DNA of 64,000 nucleotides, from contig CAWJTV010000031.1 of assembly GCA_963845755.1 (NCBI GenBank), positions 256,001 through 320,000 on the forward strand, given 5' to 3'. Shown here in pieces: positions 23,246-36,200 of the stretch (its first letter is position 1; each line of letters opens with the position of its first letter). The notes under the pieces were generated by a model, which was given only the letters and a program-made list of their open reading frames with translations, searched no databases and was not told the origin of the DNA. The position numbers and the translations under genes are program-made. Origin of the DNA: an uncultured Planctomycetota bacterium. Its GTDB lineage: Bacteria; Planctomycetota; Planctomycetia; Isosphaerales; Isosphaeraceae.

Positions 23246-24364
23246 TCAATGGGCGCTCGAACGTGGCAAGGTTGGGTCGGGTTGCCATAGGTAAAGGAAC
23301 GTGGGCAATCGAGATCGGTCCAGGCCAGGGTAACTGAAGGGGATGGCCTCGTTCAAGGGAGCGGGGTTTGGCGTGATGGCGTAGAGCGAGTGGGCGGGAT
23401 AGCCGGATCGGTGATACAGCACCACTTCCGCGCCCGATACGCCCGCCAGGTGCTCGGCCTCGGCGATCGCGTCGTGCACGTAGCCCAGCCGGTCGGCCAG
23501 ATGGAGATCGATGGCGTGCGAGGCCAGGAGGACACGGCCATCATCGGCCACCTGCCAGTCGTGGGCTGTCATCGCGGGGCGACGGTCCTTGACGCGACGT
23601 TTCAGGTGGTTGCGGTAGGCGTCGGCCATCGCCTCGAGCATCTTGCGCGTCTCGTCATCGAGCGGGCCGGTCACCGTCCCCATGTCGATCTTCACCCCCG
23701 ATTTCACCGGGTCCGCGAACAGGTTGAGCTGGGCCATCGCATCCTGGAGGTTGTAATGGTTGAAGACCACACCCAGGCCGCCCGTCAGGGTCGTGGGATG
23801 GGCTACGATCCGGTCGGACTCGACGGCGACGAAATAGGCGCCCGAAGTCGCCAGGTCCATCAGGCAGGCGATGACCGGCCTGTGCGTCTCGGCCTTGAAC
23901 CGGCGCAGCTCCTCGGCCATGACGTCGCAGGTCGTCACGCTGCCGCCGGGGCTGTTGATCCGCAGCAGGACCGCGACGACCCGGGGATCCTGCGCCGCGG
24001 CGTCGAGCTTGTCGCGGAAGGCCGCGAGCGGATTGTCGCCAACGGCATAAAAGCTGCCGTAATTCTGATTCAGGAGGACTCCGTCGATGTCGATCAGGGC
24101 GATCCGGGCACAGGGTGCAGGAGCCTGGCCGGCTCGGACCACCTTGACGACCATCTCGCCCGGATCGACCGCCGACGGGAGTTTGACATCCACGGAGCCC
24201 CGGACATTAGCCTCAGCCACGATTCCGGCATCCCCGCGAAATGTCGCGGCGACCGGAAGCGCATGGCCGCACCCGCCCGTCGTGACTGCCGAAGCTCCGG
24301 CAAGCAGGATAAGGAAGACCGGTCGGTACGCTCGGAACCGGCGCGCGACGTGGTGATGCTGCAT
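23246..24364 (-). CDS. S49 family peptidase (SppA-like), probable lipoprotein
   Basis: LRINSPGGSV, ATSGAYF, TGGLGV; GGC lipobox-like; GGAGGAG RBS. Confidence 0.88.
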   Translation of the reverse strand: MQHHHVARRFRAYRPVFLILLAGASAVTTGGCGHALPVAATFRGDAGIVAEANVRGSVDVKLPSAVDPGEMVVKVVRAGQAPAPCARIALIDIDGVLLNQNYGSFYAVGDNPLAAFRDKLDAAAQDPRVVAVLLRINSPGGSVTTCDVMAEELRRFKAETHRPVIACLMDLATSGAYFVAVESDRIVAHPTTLTGGLGVVFNHYNLQDAMAQLNLFADPVKSGVKIDMGTVTGPLDDETRKMLEAMADAYRNHLKRRVKDRRPAMTAHDWQVADDGRVLLASHAIDLHLADRLGYVHDAIAEAEHLAGVSGAEVVLYHRSGYPAHSLYAITPNPAPLNEAIPFSYPGLDRSRLPTFLYLWQPDPTLPRSSAH

Positions 24365-24505
24365 CGCGGCTCCTCCTGAAACGGCGGGCGCAAAGCCCGC
24401 ACCTCGCGACGTCATGGATTTACTATCGGCTCGTTCGCTGCCAAACTTGCCCTCAACACCCTTGCAGGTCCTACAACCGGAAATCGACAGAGGAGAAGGA
24501 CGGTT

Positions 24506-25396
24506 ATGCTCGTCATCACATGCGCAGTCTGGCTGGCAACGATCGGCGAGGAGCCGCGGATCGAGCCGGGCCATGCCGGGAATTCGGTCTATCTTGAGGT
24601 GCTCGACCGCGGATTGAAGGCGGATGGTCAGACGGTTAAACTACCCGACCCCCAACTGCGCGACGGCCAGACCGCCGACGATCAGCGCAAGGCACTCCGC
24701 ATGGTGGCCGGTTCCGACCGGCGGCTCGAGGAGTTGATCCGCAACTCGGTCACAGCCCCCTACATCATCAAGGTCCGTGACGTCAAGACCGAGTCGGGAA
24801 CGATCCGCGCCGTCGATCTCTGGTTCGTGGTCTATGGGGAACTCGGTCAGGTCGACGCGGCGAAAGAGGCCGCCCGCTCCGACGGCAAGGAAGTTGAGGC
24901 CGGTAACATGGCCGTACAGACCCGGCTCTTGAAGTCGGCCGAGCTGGGTGCTGCGGGAATCGGGCCGGAACGAGAAACGACAGGCCGGACGTCATGGTAC
25001 GCCCATATCCACGGGCGGTTGCTCGACCGCATCGAGCTCGACGCGACGAACCAGGTCGTCGCCTCCCAGACGGACGAATCGATCGTCATCGCGGCACGAA
25101 CCGACCTGGCATTCGACAAAGCGGGGCCGAATGCCAATCGCTGGCGGCCAATCGGGACAAGCGGAGGCAGGAAGGACGAGGGCTCGCTGAAGCCTTATAT
25201 CGGCGGGATCAGCTATACCAAGATCAGCCGCCTGGCTTCCCAGCCGGGAGCCTTGTTCGTCGAGATGCACGCGGCGTTCGTCGAGCCTCAAGAATGGTTC
25301 CAGGGCGCGCCGATCTTGCGGTCGAAGTTCAGCATCATCGCGCAGGACCAGATCCGCACATTGCGCCGCGAGCTGGAAAAAAAACGGGGGAAGTGA
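24506..25396 (+). CDS. Hypothetical exported protein
   Basis: Clean 296-aa ORF with a hydrophobic N-terminus and AGGAG/AAGGA RBS. Confidence 0.7.
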   Translation: MLVITCAVWLATIGEEPRIEPGHAGNSVYLEVLDRGLKADGQTVKLPDPQLRDGQTADDQRKALRMVAGSDRRLEELIRNSVTAPYIIKVRDVKTESGTIRAVDLWFVVYGELGQVDAAKEAARSDGKEVEAGNMAVQTRLLKSAELGAAGIGPERETTGRTSWYAHIHGRLLDRIELDATNQVVASQTDESIVIAARTDLAFDKAGPNANRWRPIGTSGGRKDEGSLKPYIGGISYTKISRLASQPGALFVEMHAAFVEPQEWFQGAPILRSKFSIIAQDQIRTLRRELEKKRGK

Positions 25397-25460
25397 ACGG
25401 CGGGTCTGGTTGGATCGACGATCGGGGGCGCATCCTCGGAGCCGTGGCGATCGGCCGAGA

Positions 25461-26018
25461 TCAGGAAGACCGTCCGTCCGATCCGTTCGCCTTCACCTGC
25501 CAATCAAGGGCCACCGCCAGGAAGAGATCCGCCCGCAAATCGGACTCGAACGACTGGAGCGGAACGAACAGCGCGGTGTCGTTCTGATCGACGATACACA
25601 CCAGGTAGCCATGAGCCTTGCCGAGCTTGCGTATCGTCCGCCACGGGCGGAAGACCTTGCAGCCGTCCTCCAACGTGTGTTCGATGCCTTCCGGCTTGGC
25701 CGTCAGGGTTTGCTCGGTGAAATGGCCACCCAATTGAGCCGCCCGGATCATCCTTCGCTCGGCGTTCCGGGACAACATCCAGAATGTCAACAGGCCAAGC
25801 CCCGCGCCGATCGTCACGGCCATCGGGCGCGAGCGATCGGCGGCCACGATCATCAGCCAGCCGATCCCGCCACCACAGACCATGAAGAGGATGAGCCCAT
25901 ATACGGGTGCCCGCCGATATCTCAATTTCCGATCGAGGCGAAACATCGTCAGCAGGTCGACCGGCTCGATCCGGTACCTAACGGTCCACAACGTCTCCGA
26001 CTCGGATTCCTGGGTCAT
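25461..26018 (-). CDS. YcxB-like membrane protein
   Basis: Two TM helices followed by ...EGI...PWRTI...LFVP..F; GGAGG before ATG 26018. Confidence 0.65.
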   Translation of the reverse strand: MTQESESETLWTVRYRIEPVDLLTMFRLDRKLRYRRAPVYGLILFMVCGGGIGWLMIVAADRSRPMAVTIGAGLGLLTFWMLSRNAERRMIRAAQLGGHFTEQTLTAKPEGIEHTLEDGCKVFRPWRTIRKLGKAHGYLVCIVDQNDTALFVPLQSFESDLRADLFLAVALDWQVKANGSDGRSS

Positions 26019-26174
26019 GCCCTCCCTCCACGATGAAGCCGACGAACGCAGGAGAGCGGCGCGACGATCGAGAAGAGGAAGTCCTTGACGAAGCCCACGG
26101 AGAACTCGCCGAGCAGGAGGGAATCTGCTTCGAAAACACGCGCCCATTCGGTGCGGCCGGCTGAGTCGGAACGA

Positions 26175-27105
26175 CTACCTTCTCGACGCGTGCTGGGATT
26201 TGACCGGGTGATCGTCCTTGGGCGGGAAGAGAAGCTTGCGGAGCAGCTTCTCGAGCACGTCGGGGTCAACGTCGATCGGACGCTTGGTGACCGCCACGAT
26301 CTGATCGCCCAGTGGCTTGGTCACCTTGATCCTCTGCCCCGGGGGCAGTTTGCGGATCGCGAACGACCACGAATAGGGGACGGTGCCGAGCACGCGCTTG
26401 GCATGCACGTCGAGCTCACAGTCAAAAGTCATCTGGGAGGCCAGCGAGTGCATTTCGGGCGGCGGCGGCTGTTGTTTGACGGTCGGCGGCCACATCGACC
26501 AGACCGCAACTCGCAGGCGACCAGTCGCCGGCTCGACACAAAAGGCATAGAAAAGGTCGATCTTGCTGTGCTTGCCCTGAACCATCATGGTGGCGGGCGT
26601 GCGCAGCAGGGCAAAGGTTGAACGTCCTCGAGATGATCCGCGCCTCGGCCAGCTCCGTCTCCATGGCATCGAGCACGATCTCATCCACGGTTGAGAGTTT
26701 GATGCTCAATGATTGCAGGCGGTCCGAAGTGACCACGATGTCTTCCTTCGGATTCTCGCGACTCGTTACGCAAATGCCGATCCCGACCCGGGAAAGGATG
26801 AACTGCTGGTCCAGTCCCAGCCCTTGGACATCCGCGAGGATGGCGGTGCGGAACAAGGTCGCCGTCTTCTCGGCCCCGGTCGGTAAAGTATCCCGATCTC
26901 CCGAAGTCAGGCGTGGGACCGACTTCATGACCAGATGAGTCCAACCTTCCGGCGGAGTCTCCCCCAACCGTGTCGCTGCGGTGAGGGTGACCAGCCTGGG
27001 CTGACTCCCCCAAGCCGCACCGGCATTTACGAACGCCACCGAAAGGGCAGCAATCCACGTCACCGATCGCGGTGTCTCATCCCACCGTATGTGCATCCGC
27101 TGCAT
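26175..27105 (-). CDS. Hypothetical secreted protein; frameshift ~26620
   Basis: Signal-like N-terminus and GGAGG RBS; two overlapping protein-like ORFs join at ARIISRT/STFALLRTP. Confidence 0.65.
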
Positions 27106-27313
27106 CGTTTTCCTCCCCCCCATGAGAGGCAAATCCCGATCCGTGGTTGACTCCTCGGGTCGTGACTCTAACACGTTGCGCCAAAAACTTCATCGGCACC
27201 TTCGCCACAATCCCAACGATCGTCATTCTCCACGGAACCCTTTACCCCGAGCTTCGAGCGATTCCGGGAGATCGTCGAGTTCAGGACCTTATGATGATAG
27301 AAAACGAGTGCGG

Positions 27314-27346
27314 AGTCACAACGCAAGTCTCGGTCAAATTGTGACT
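27314..27346. promoter_or_regulatory. Inverted repeat AGTCACAA-N17-TTGTGACT, candidate enhancer (UAS) for a sigma-54 activator
   Basis: Perfect 8-bp arms ~90-120 bp upstream of the -24/-12 element. Confidence 0.4.
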
Positions 27347-27433
27347 TGAGCTGAGGATTCTCTCTCTCGAACACAGATAAACTCAAGCTCGAGAACCGAC
27401 GTTGACCTCGAAAATAAGTCTCTAGAGAAAAGG

Positions 27434-27449
27434 TGGCACAGTTTTTGCA
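27434..27449 (+). promoter_or_regulatory. Sigma-54 (-24/-12) promoter of the PKS operon
   Basis: TGGCAC-AGTTT-TTGCA with exact GG-N10-GC spacing, in an A/T-rich intergenic region. Confidence 0.8.
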
Positions 27450-27762
27450 CGAATCGCTCTGCGCACTTGAATTCTTAATTTCGAGATTCAGCCAAACCGA
27501 GACCCTGACCGCCTCGCAAAGTCTCCAGCCATTTCAGGGTTCAACGTTTCTCACGACGCGAAGCTGAACTGATCCATGCACCGAGCCGCTGGATCCATGC
27601 CACCGATTCCGCCTGTGACAGCAAAACGTTCCCAACGCATGAGATGTGGTGGGCACTCTTCATTTTTCCTAGAGCTACCAAACCAATTAGGTAACCCAGA
27701 CCAGTCTTTCTATCAGGTATACTACCTGGAGAGACGGGCAATCTGGGAGGCACGAACCGGTA

Positions 27763-30700
27763 ATGAGACGACCCCTAGCGAAGATCGAGGCGTTACCTCA
27801 ACCATCAGACGTCGCCATCATCGGCATGTCGGCGGTGTTGCCCGGTGCGACGGACCTCGCACAATTCTGGTCGCATACGCTACGAGGCATGGATGCCATC
27901 ACCGAGATCCCCGCAGACCGTTGGGATTGGCATCTTTATTACGACCCCGACCCCAAGGCGCCGGACAAGATCGTGTCGAAGTGGGGAGGATTCCTCCCTG
28001 ACGTTTGCTTCGACCCGTTGAAATATGGGATGCCGCCATCGAGTTTGCCTTCGATCGAGCCGGCGCAGTTGCTAGCCCTGGAGGTCGTCCAGAAGGCGCT
28101 GGCGGACGCCGGCTATGCCGATCGGCCGTTTCCCCGGGAGCAGACTGCGGTCGTGCTGGGTATGGGGGGTGGCGCGGCACAACTGGCGATGGGGTACGCG
28201 TTCCGATCGTACTTGCCCATGCTCGACACAGTGATCCCCGGCGGCGGCCGCGAAGCGATCGAATCGTGTCGGGGTCTCCTGCCCGAGTGGACCGAGGACT
28301 CGTTCCCGGGGTTCCTGCTGAACGTGACGGCGGGCCGGATCGCCAACCGGCTCAACCTCGGCGGCGCAACTACACGGTTGACGCCGCCTGTGGATCATCA
28401 CTGGCGGCGGCGGCAATGGCGGTGCGCGAGCTGGAGACCGGCGCTGCCGACCTGGTCATCCTCGGCGGGGTGGACACCGTCCAGAACCCATTCACATACC
28501 TGGCCTTTAGCAAGACACAGGCGTTCTCTCCGCGGGGACGTTGCCGGCCGTTCGACGCCGGGGCCAACGGGATCGTGATCAGCGAGGGGGTCGCCGCACT
28601 CGTGCTGAAGCGCCTGGCCGATGCCGAGCGAGATGGCGATCGGATCTATTCCGTGATCAAGGGGGTGGGCGCCTCCAGCGACGGCCGCGCCGCGGCCTGA
28701 CCGCGCCGTCGGTTGACGGTCAGGTCCGGGCCATCGAGCGCGCCTATGCCAAGGCGGGGATCCCGCCGTCGACCGTCGGATATGTGGAGGCGCACGGGAC
28801 GGGCACGGCGCTGGGAGACGTCGTCGAAGTCGACGCGCTCAGCCAGGTCTTCCAGGCCGCCGGCGCGGGACCGGGCGACTGCGTCGTGGGATCCGTCAAG
28901 TCGTTGATCGGTCACACCAAGTGCGCCGCGGGACTCGCCGGACTCATCAACGCGTCCCTGGCGTTGCATCACCACGTCCTGCCGCCGACGATCGGGATCG
29001 AGACGCCCAATCCCAGGCTCGACCTCCGGGACGGTGCGTTCCGCCTTTGCACGCAGGCACAACCCTGGCTCCATCCCCACGAGGACCGCCCGCGACGCGC
29101 AGGAGTCAGTGCCTTCGGTTTCGGCGGGACCAACTTCCACGCCGTCCTCGAAGCCTATGATCGCAACACCGATGTCGTACCCGCCGCGGCACTCCCCGAA
29201 TGGCCGATGGAGCTGATGATCTGGGAGGCCGATCAGCCCTCCGGCTTGATCGAGCCCATCGATCGATTGATCGCGGCGCTGGACTCCGGCGCGCGACCGG
29301 CGCTATGCGACCTATCGGACGCGTTGATCAGGGCGAGGGCTTCCAACGAGTTTCCGGCACAGGGTGACGCGACCTGTCCGCGCAGGAATCGCGCGCTCCT
29401 CGTCATCGTGACGGGCACGCACGACGACCTGCGCGTCAAGCTGATCCAGGCGCGCGGAGCGATCGCCGAGGGCCGGGCCGGATTCGAAGATCCGCGGGGG
29501 GTCTTCTTCGCCGCAAAGCCATTGTGGGCCGGAGGGCGAGTGGCGTTCCTCTTCCCGGGGCAGGGTGCGCAGGCTCCCGACATGCTGCGCGAACTGGCCG
29601 TCGTGTTCCCCGAGGTACGCGGAGCCTTCGAGGAGTTCGAACGTGTGGTCCAGGCGCAGGGCGGCCCGATCCTGGGACCGCTCATCTTCCCGCCGCCGGC
29701 CTACGATGACGCCGCGCGGGACTTGTTGCGTCGAACCTTGATGCCAACCGAGGTGGCTCAGCCGGCCGTCGGCGCGGCCTGTGTCGGAATGCTCCACCTG
29801 TTCCGCAGCCTGGGTCTCGAGCCCGACATGGTGGCCGGTCATAGTTATGGCGAGCTCGTGGCACTCCACGCCGCGGGCGCCCTGGATGCCGAAGGGCTGG
29901 CCGCGCTGTCCTGGGAACGCGGGCGATCCATGCAGGAGGCAGCCCGCGGAGATTCCGGCGCCATGGCGGCCCTGCTGGCTGGTCCCGACGCCGTGCAGCC
30001 GCTCCTCCGCGACGCACCGGAGATCGAGGCTGCCAACTGGAATGGGCCGAACCAAACCGTCATCGCCGGACCGAGCGAGGCTGTGAATCGAGCGGTCAAT
30101 CTGGCCTCGGCGCGGGATTGCAGCAAGGGTCCTGCCGGTCTCTTCCGCGTTCCACACGAGAATGGTCGCCGATGCCCTCGAGCCGGTCGCGCAACGGGCG
30201 CGCGACCGGATTCGCCGCGCGCCCGATCGACCGGTCTATTCGAACCTCGATGCCGCGCCCCATCCGGCCGAGCCGTCGGCGATCGCGAGCCGGTTGGGCA
30301 AGCACCTCGCCAGTCCCGTACGGTTCGCCGAGATGATCGCCGCCATGTACCGAGACGGGGCACGCGTCTTCGTCGAGGTCGGCCCGGGAGCGGTCCTCGG
30401 GCCGTTGGTCGAGTCGATCCTGAACAATCGGCCGCACCTGATGATCACCGGCGATCTGTCGTCGGCGCCCGGCTTGACGGGCTTTCTCCTCCGACTCGCT
30501 CGCCTGGTCGTCGCCGGGCTGCCGCTCCGGCTCCAACGTTTGACCGACGGCCGGTCGCGTCGCCGGCTCGACCTCGATCACCTCCCGGAAAACGGCCTGC
30601 CCGAGTCGGTCTCGGCGTCAACCTGGCTGGTCAACGGCAGCCGTGCCCGGCCGCTCAGAGCGCCCGAGCCCAGGCGACTCGGCACGGAGCCGGTCCTCCC

Positions 30701-33207
30701 GGTACCGATAAAGCCGCCCGAAGTCGAACCGAATGACGACCAGGCGCATACCCGGTCTCACGCCATCTCCGCTCTCGGGTCATGACAAACTGGATACACG
30801 CATGACACCCAAGACTTCGATCAGCCCGCCGAGAACACCCGCCCACTCCGAGCACGTCATGGAGTCATTCCAGAAGACCATGCAGGTCTTCCTCGACGTC
30901 CAGAAGGCGACGATGCTCGCCTACCTGAGTGGGCGGAGCCCGGCTTCATCGGAGCTCGCGATAACCACCAATGGAATCGATCAGGCCTTACCGACGACCG
31001 CCAAGAGGCCCGACCTGAATCGAGTCGAGATCGGGTCGGCGAAGTTCTCCGGCAATCTTCCGAACCAGAGGGCGTTCGTCGGCGAGGGCTCGAGCCACGC
31101 GGAAACCGAGTCCAATGGCGCCCCGGCCGGACGGAACGGGAAACCGGCCAACTACCCCACGTCGCCTCCGACAGTCCAGGCGGCGGCGATGTCCTCAACC
31201 GAGACTCCCGATCGGAAAACGATCACCGCCAGGCTGCTGGAGATCGTCAGCAATCGCACAGGATACCCGATCGAGACGTTGGGCCTTGACCTCGACATCG
31301 AGGCGGATCTTGGGATCGATTCGATCAAACGCGTCGAGATCCTGGGGAAACTGCGAGAGGAGTTCCCTAGCCTGAGGAACCTGCCGGATTCGGCGGAAGT
31401 CATGGAGTCACTCGCCCGTGCTCGGACTCTCGAGGCGATCGTCGATCGGATGGCCACGCTGGCGAACCAGGCCGCGAGCTCGACCATGCCCCAGCCGGCC
31501 GAGCCGCCATCCCGTGAGGTCGCGGCGCCGGCGGAGCCGGAAACCCCTCGAATCCCTCACATTTCATCCAACGGTCACGCCGAACCGGCCCGCCGGACGC
31601 TCCGGCGCATTCTGGAAGTAGTCGATGCACCATTGCCGCCAGAACGGCTCGGGCTGATGCCAGGCGGCCGTGTGGTCGTGACCGAGGACGGCAGGGGTGT
31701 GGCCGAGCAGGTCGCAGGTGTGTTGGAGTCCGCCGGCGTCGCCGTCGAGAGGATCGGCGGCCCCGATCGGCCGGTCGAGTGGACGTCTCCCTCCGCGATC
31801 GATGCCCGGCTCGAAGAACTGCGTCGATGTGGACCGATCGCCGGGATTGTTCACGCCCTGCCGCTGGGTCAGTCGAGCTCCGGAGATCCGAAAGGCCCTT
31901 GCTGGTCGGAACGAATCGGCGATGCCGTGAGGGGCTTGTTCTTGCTGGCAAAAGGGACGGCTGCGGACCTGGAGCGCGCGGCGCAGGCCGGCGGATCGTG
32001 CCTCATTGCGTCCACGTCCCTCGGGGGCCGATTCGCGGGTGCCGGCAGCTCGGGCACCGAGTTCTTTCCGGGGCACGGAGGAATTGCCGGACTGGTCAAG
32101 ACACTGGCCCGGGAGTGGCCCCTGGTCCGTTGCCGGGTGGTCGACCTCCCCGCGGGAGAAGGGACCGAGTCCGTCGCCGGCCGGCTGGCCGCCGAGGTCT
32201 TCGCGGGGGACGGCTGGGCGGAAGTGGGTTATGACCATGCCCATCGCATCCGGTTGAGGACCGTCGAGAGCGTGCTGGGACGCGCGCACGCGGCCATCGA
32301 GCTGAAACCGGGGGACCCCATCGTCATCACCGGCGGCGCTCGTGGGATCACGGCCCTGGTCGCGGCCGAGCTGGCACGAAGCTGGCGGCCGACGCTCCTG
32401 ATCGTCGGCACCACTCCGCCGCCGGACGTATCCGAACCGGCGGATACGACGGGTCTCGAGAGTGAATCGGAGATCAAGGCGATGGTCCACAACCGCCTGC
32501 GACGCGAAGGCCAGTCGTGCGGGCCGGCCGAGATCGAGTCGGCCTATCAGGACATTCGCCGCGCCCGGGAAGTTCGCGCGAACCTGACCATCCTGCGCAA
32601 CTTGGGAGCGAAAGTGGAATATGCCCGCGCCGACGTTCGCGACCCCGGGGCGATGTCCGCAGTGATCGACGGCTGGCGGAACCGCCACGGAGAACCCGTC
32701 GGCCTGATCCATGGGGCCGGGCTCATCAAGGACAAACTGATCCGAGAGAAGACGCTCGACTCCTTCGACCGCGTCCTGGGCACCAAGGTCGAGGGGGCGC
32801 TCAACCTCCTCCGGCTGGTCCGCCCGGAGTCCCTGAAATTCACCGCGCTCTTCTCCTCGATCGCCGGGCGGTTCGGGAACGTCGGCCAGTCGGATTACGC
32901 GGCGGCGAACGAGATCCTCAACAAGCTGGCCCTGTGGCTCGACCGGCGCTGGCCGGGCCGGGTGGTTTCGGTGATCTGGGGTCCGTGGTCGGGCGTAGGG
33001 ATGGTCTCGCAGCTCGAGAGCCATCTCGGCCGTCGCGGACTGGGGATGATCGCGCCCGAGGTCGGCCGAACCCTGCTGATCGACGAGCTCCGCCACGGCC
33101 GCAAGGGGGACGTCGAGGTCATCTACACCAGCGGCCTGGGGACGCTCGAGGCTCCGCTGACCGATTCGGCCATCCCGCCCGCCCGGGTGGTGGAGGCCGT
33201 ACGATGA
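27763..33207 (+). CDS. Iterative type I PKS, KS-AT-ACP-KR (PfaA/hglE-like); frameshifts ~28365, ~28690, ~30115-30150 and ~30750
   Basis: KS DAACGSS, HGTGT, GHTKCAAG, SAFGFGGTN; AT FPGQG, GHSYGE; ACP DLGIDSIKRVE; KR TGGARGI, GQSDYAAAN. Confidence 0.92.
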
Positions 33208-36200
33208 GGCGGGGCCGGCCGCTCGAAATCGCGATCGTCGGCATGGGCTGCCGGTTTCCCGGCGCGCCGGATCTTTGCGCGTACTGGGAGAACATCCTCG
33301 CCGCCAAGGACTGTACGCGCGATGTGCCGCCGGACCGCTGGGATTCTCGAACGTTCGTGGATTCGTCCTCCCGGGCCAACGATCGCCTCCCTTGCGGACG
33401 TGGCGGCTATCTGGACTCACCCATCGAGCTGGACGTCGCCGAGCACGGGATCATGCCCCGCACCGTCGCCGGTGGCGAGCCCGAACAGTTCCTGGTGCTC
33501 GATGCCGCCATGGCCGCACTCGACGATGCCGGACTGACGCCCGCCGCGGTCAAAGGACGCCGTGTCGAGGTCGTCATCGGCCGGGGGAATTACTTCAATC
33601 GTGGCAACCTGACGCGACTCCAGCACGGGCGGATGACCGCCCAGACCCTGGCGATCCTGTCGTCCTTGCATCCCGAGTGGTCCGATGCCGATCGGGAGGC
33701 CATTCGTGCCGAGTTGAAAAGCACCCTGCCGCCGTTCGAAGCGGCTACGATCGCGGGCCAGTTGACCAACGCGACGGCCGGGCGCCTTGCCCATCGCCTC
33801 GACCTGGACGGGGCGGCCTACATGGTCGATGCGGCGAGCGCCTCGTCGCTGGTCGCGCTCGACCTGGCGGCGCGCGCCCTCAATGAACGGCGTGCCGACC
33901 TGGCGATCGTGGGCGGAGTCTATATCGAGGCGGACATTGATTTTCCCCTGGTCTTCCGCCAGTTAGGCGGGATGTCGCCGTCGGGAGCCGTCCGCCCGTT
34001 CTCGGCCGACGCCGACGGCATGCTCTCGAGTGAAGGCGCCGGCGTGCTCATCCTCGAGCGTCGTGAAGACGCTGAACGCCAGGGTGGTCGGATCTACGCG
34101 GTCTTGCAAGGACTGGGCCTGGCGAGCGATGGCCGGGGCAGGGGGCTGACCGTGCCGAGTGCCCGCGGACATGCCCGTGCCATGCGACGAGCCTATCGCC
34201 GTTCGGGCATCGATCCGGCGACGGTGAGGCTGGTGGAGGGACACGGTCTGGGGGTCCCGGCCGCCGATCGTGCCGAACTGCGAGCACTTAACGCCGTGTT
34301 TCCGCCGCTGGCTCATGGCCGGCGAGCCCTCGGCGCCGTCTCGTCCATGATCGGGCACGCCATGCCGGCGGCGGGAATGGCCGGCTTGATCAAGACCGCG
34401 CTGGCGTTGTACCACCGCGTGATGCCACCGACTCTGCACTCCGAGAAGCCTCACCCGCTTCTGGATCCTTCGAAAAGCGCCTTCGCTCTCAATCCCACGG
34501 CGCGGCCATGGGTCCACGCCGACCCGGACACCCCGCGGCGGGCGGGAGTCAACGCCTTCGGATTCGCCGGGATCAATGCCCACGCCCTGCTCGAGGAGCA
34601 CCCCGCCTCCTCCGACAGTCTCGCACCGGGCGGCTTTCGCCGCTGGGAGACCGAGGCCATCCTGCTGTCGGCCCCGGACCGCGCGGGACTCATCGATCGG
34701 GCCCGCGCCCTGATCTCCTGGCTCGACCGACATCCGGACGAGTCATTGAAGGACGTGGCAGCGACACTGAACTGTGACGAGCATCCGCCCGGGTTCGCCC
34801 GCCTGGGTCTGGTGGCCGCCTCACTGGCCGATCTCTCGACGCGGCTGGCCGCGGCGCTAGCCCCGCTGGACGATCCCTCATGCCGGACGATTCGAGACGC
34901 TCGCGGCGCGTATCACTGGGACGACCCCGCGTTTCGCCCCGGCTCGGCCGGCCTGGCGTTCCTTTTCCCGGGAGAAGGTTCCCAGTATCCCGGCATGCTC
35001 GCCGACCTCTGCTTCCACTTTCCCGAGGTCTCGCGCCGCTTCGATATCTCGGACCGCATCGCACTCGAGCTGGGCGAGCGCGTTCCGGCCAGCGAGCATT
35101 TGTTCGGTCCGCAATCGGATCAGAACGGCCTCTGGTTGACCGCGACGGCGGTGAACGTCGTGCTCAGCTCGCAATGGGCCATGTACCAGATGTTGATCCG
35201 ACTGGGCCTCGAGCCCGACGCCGTGATCGGCCACAGCAGCGGGGAGCTGTTGGCCATGGCGGCGGCGGGCGTCCTCCAGACCGACCGCGACCTCGAGAGG
35301 CAGCTCGCCGGACTCGGCTCGATCTTCCGGGAGTTCGAATCCTCCGGGAATATCCCCGTGGCACGGTTGGTCGCGGTGGGAGGAGCCAGGGATCGTGTCG
35401 AAGCGGCTTGCCGCGGCGCCGGCACCAGCGGTGTCCTGGTCGCGATCGATAATTGCCCGCACCAGGTGGTCCTGGCCGGGCCGCCGGCCGAGGTTGAGCG
35501 GGTCGTACAACGTCTGCGCGATCAGAACATCCTGCTGGAAGATCTCCCATTCGACCGGGCCTACCACACGCCGAGCTTCGAAGCCGTAATGGGCCCCGTC
35601 GCCGAGTTCTTCGGCCAGTTGACCATGCGCCCCGCCCGCTTGCCTGTCTATTCATGCGCCTCGCGGGGGCGAATGCCGGTCGAGGTCGAGGCGATGCGCG
35701 AGCTCGCCATCTCGCAATGGACTGCGCACGGTCGCCTTTCGCGAGACGATCGAGGCCATGTACGCCGACGGCCTGCGGGTGTTCGTCAACGTCGGTGCCC
35801 GCGGCAATCTCGCCGGTTACGTCAACGACATCCTGCGCGGCAAGCCGATCTTCGCCACGGCGGCAAACCTGCCACGCCGGAGCGGCCTGACACAACTGAA
35901 TCACCTCGTGGCCGCACTCTTCGCCCAGGGGATCCCGATGCGGCCGGCCGTCCTCTACGCGCGCCGACGTCCGCAACGCATCGACTGGAATGCGCCGGAG
36001 AAGCCTCATCGAACGACCGTCAGCCTCGAGCTGGGTTTCCCCGAGATGCGGTTGACCGATGCCCTGATCGACCGGCTGCGATCGCGGAGCACGCTCGGCT
36101 CCAGAGCCGAGCCAGCATCGTTCCCGACCACCACGCCGGATCCTCAAGCTAGCCCGCGTCACCGGGATCGGGGACTGGAGGGCGAAGACCCCGAGGAGCG

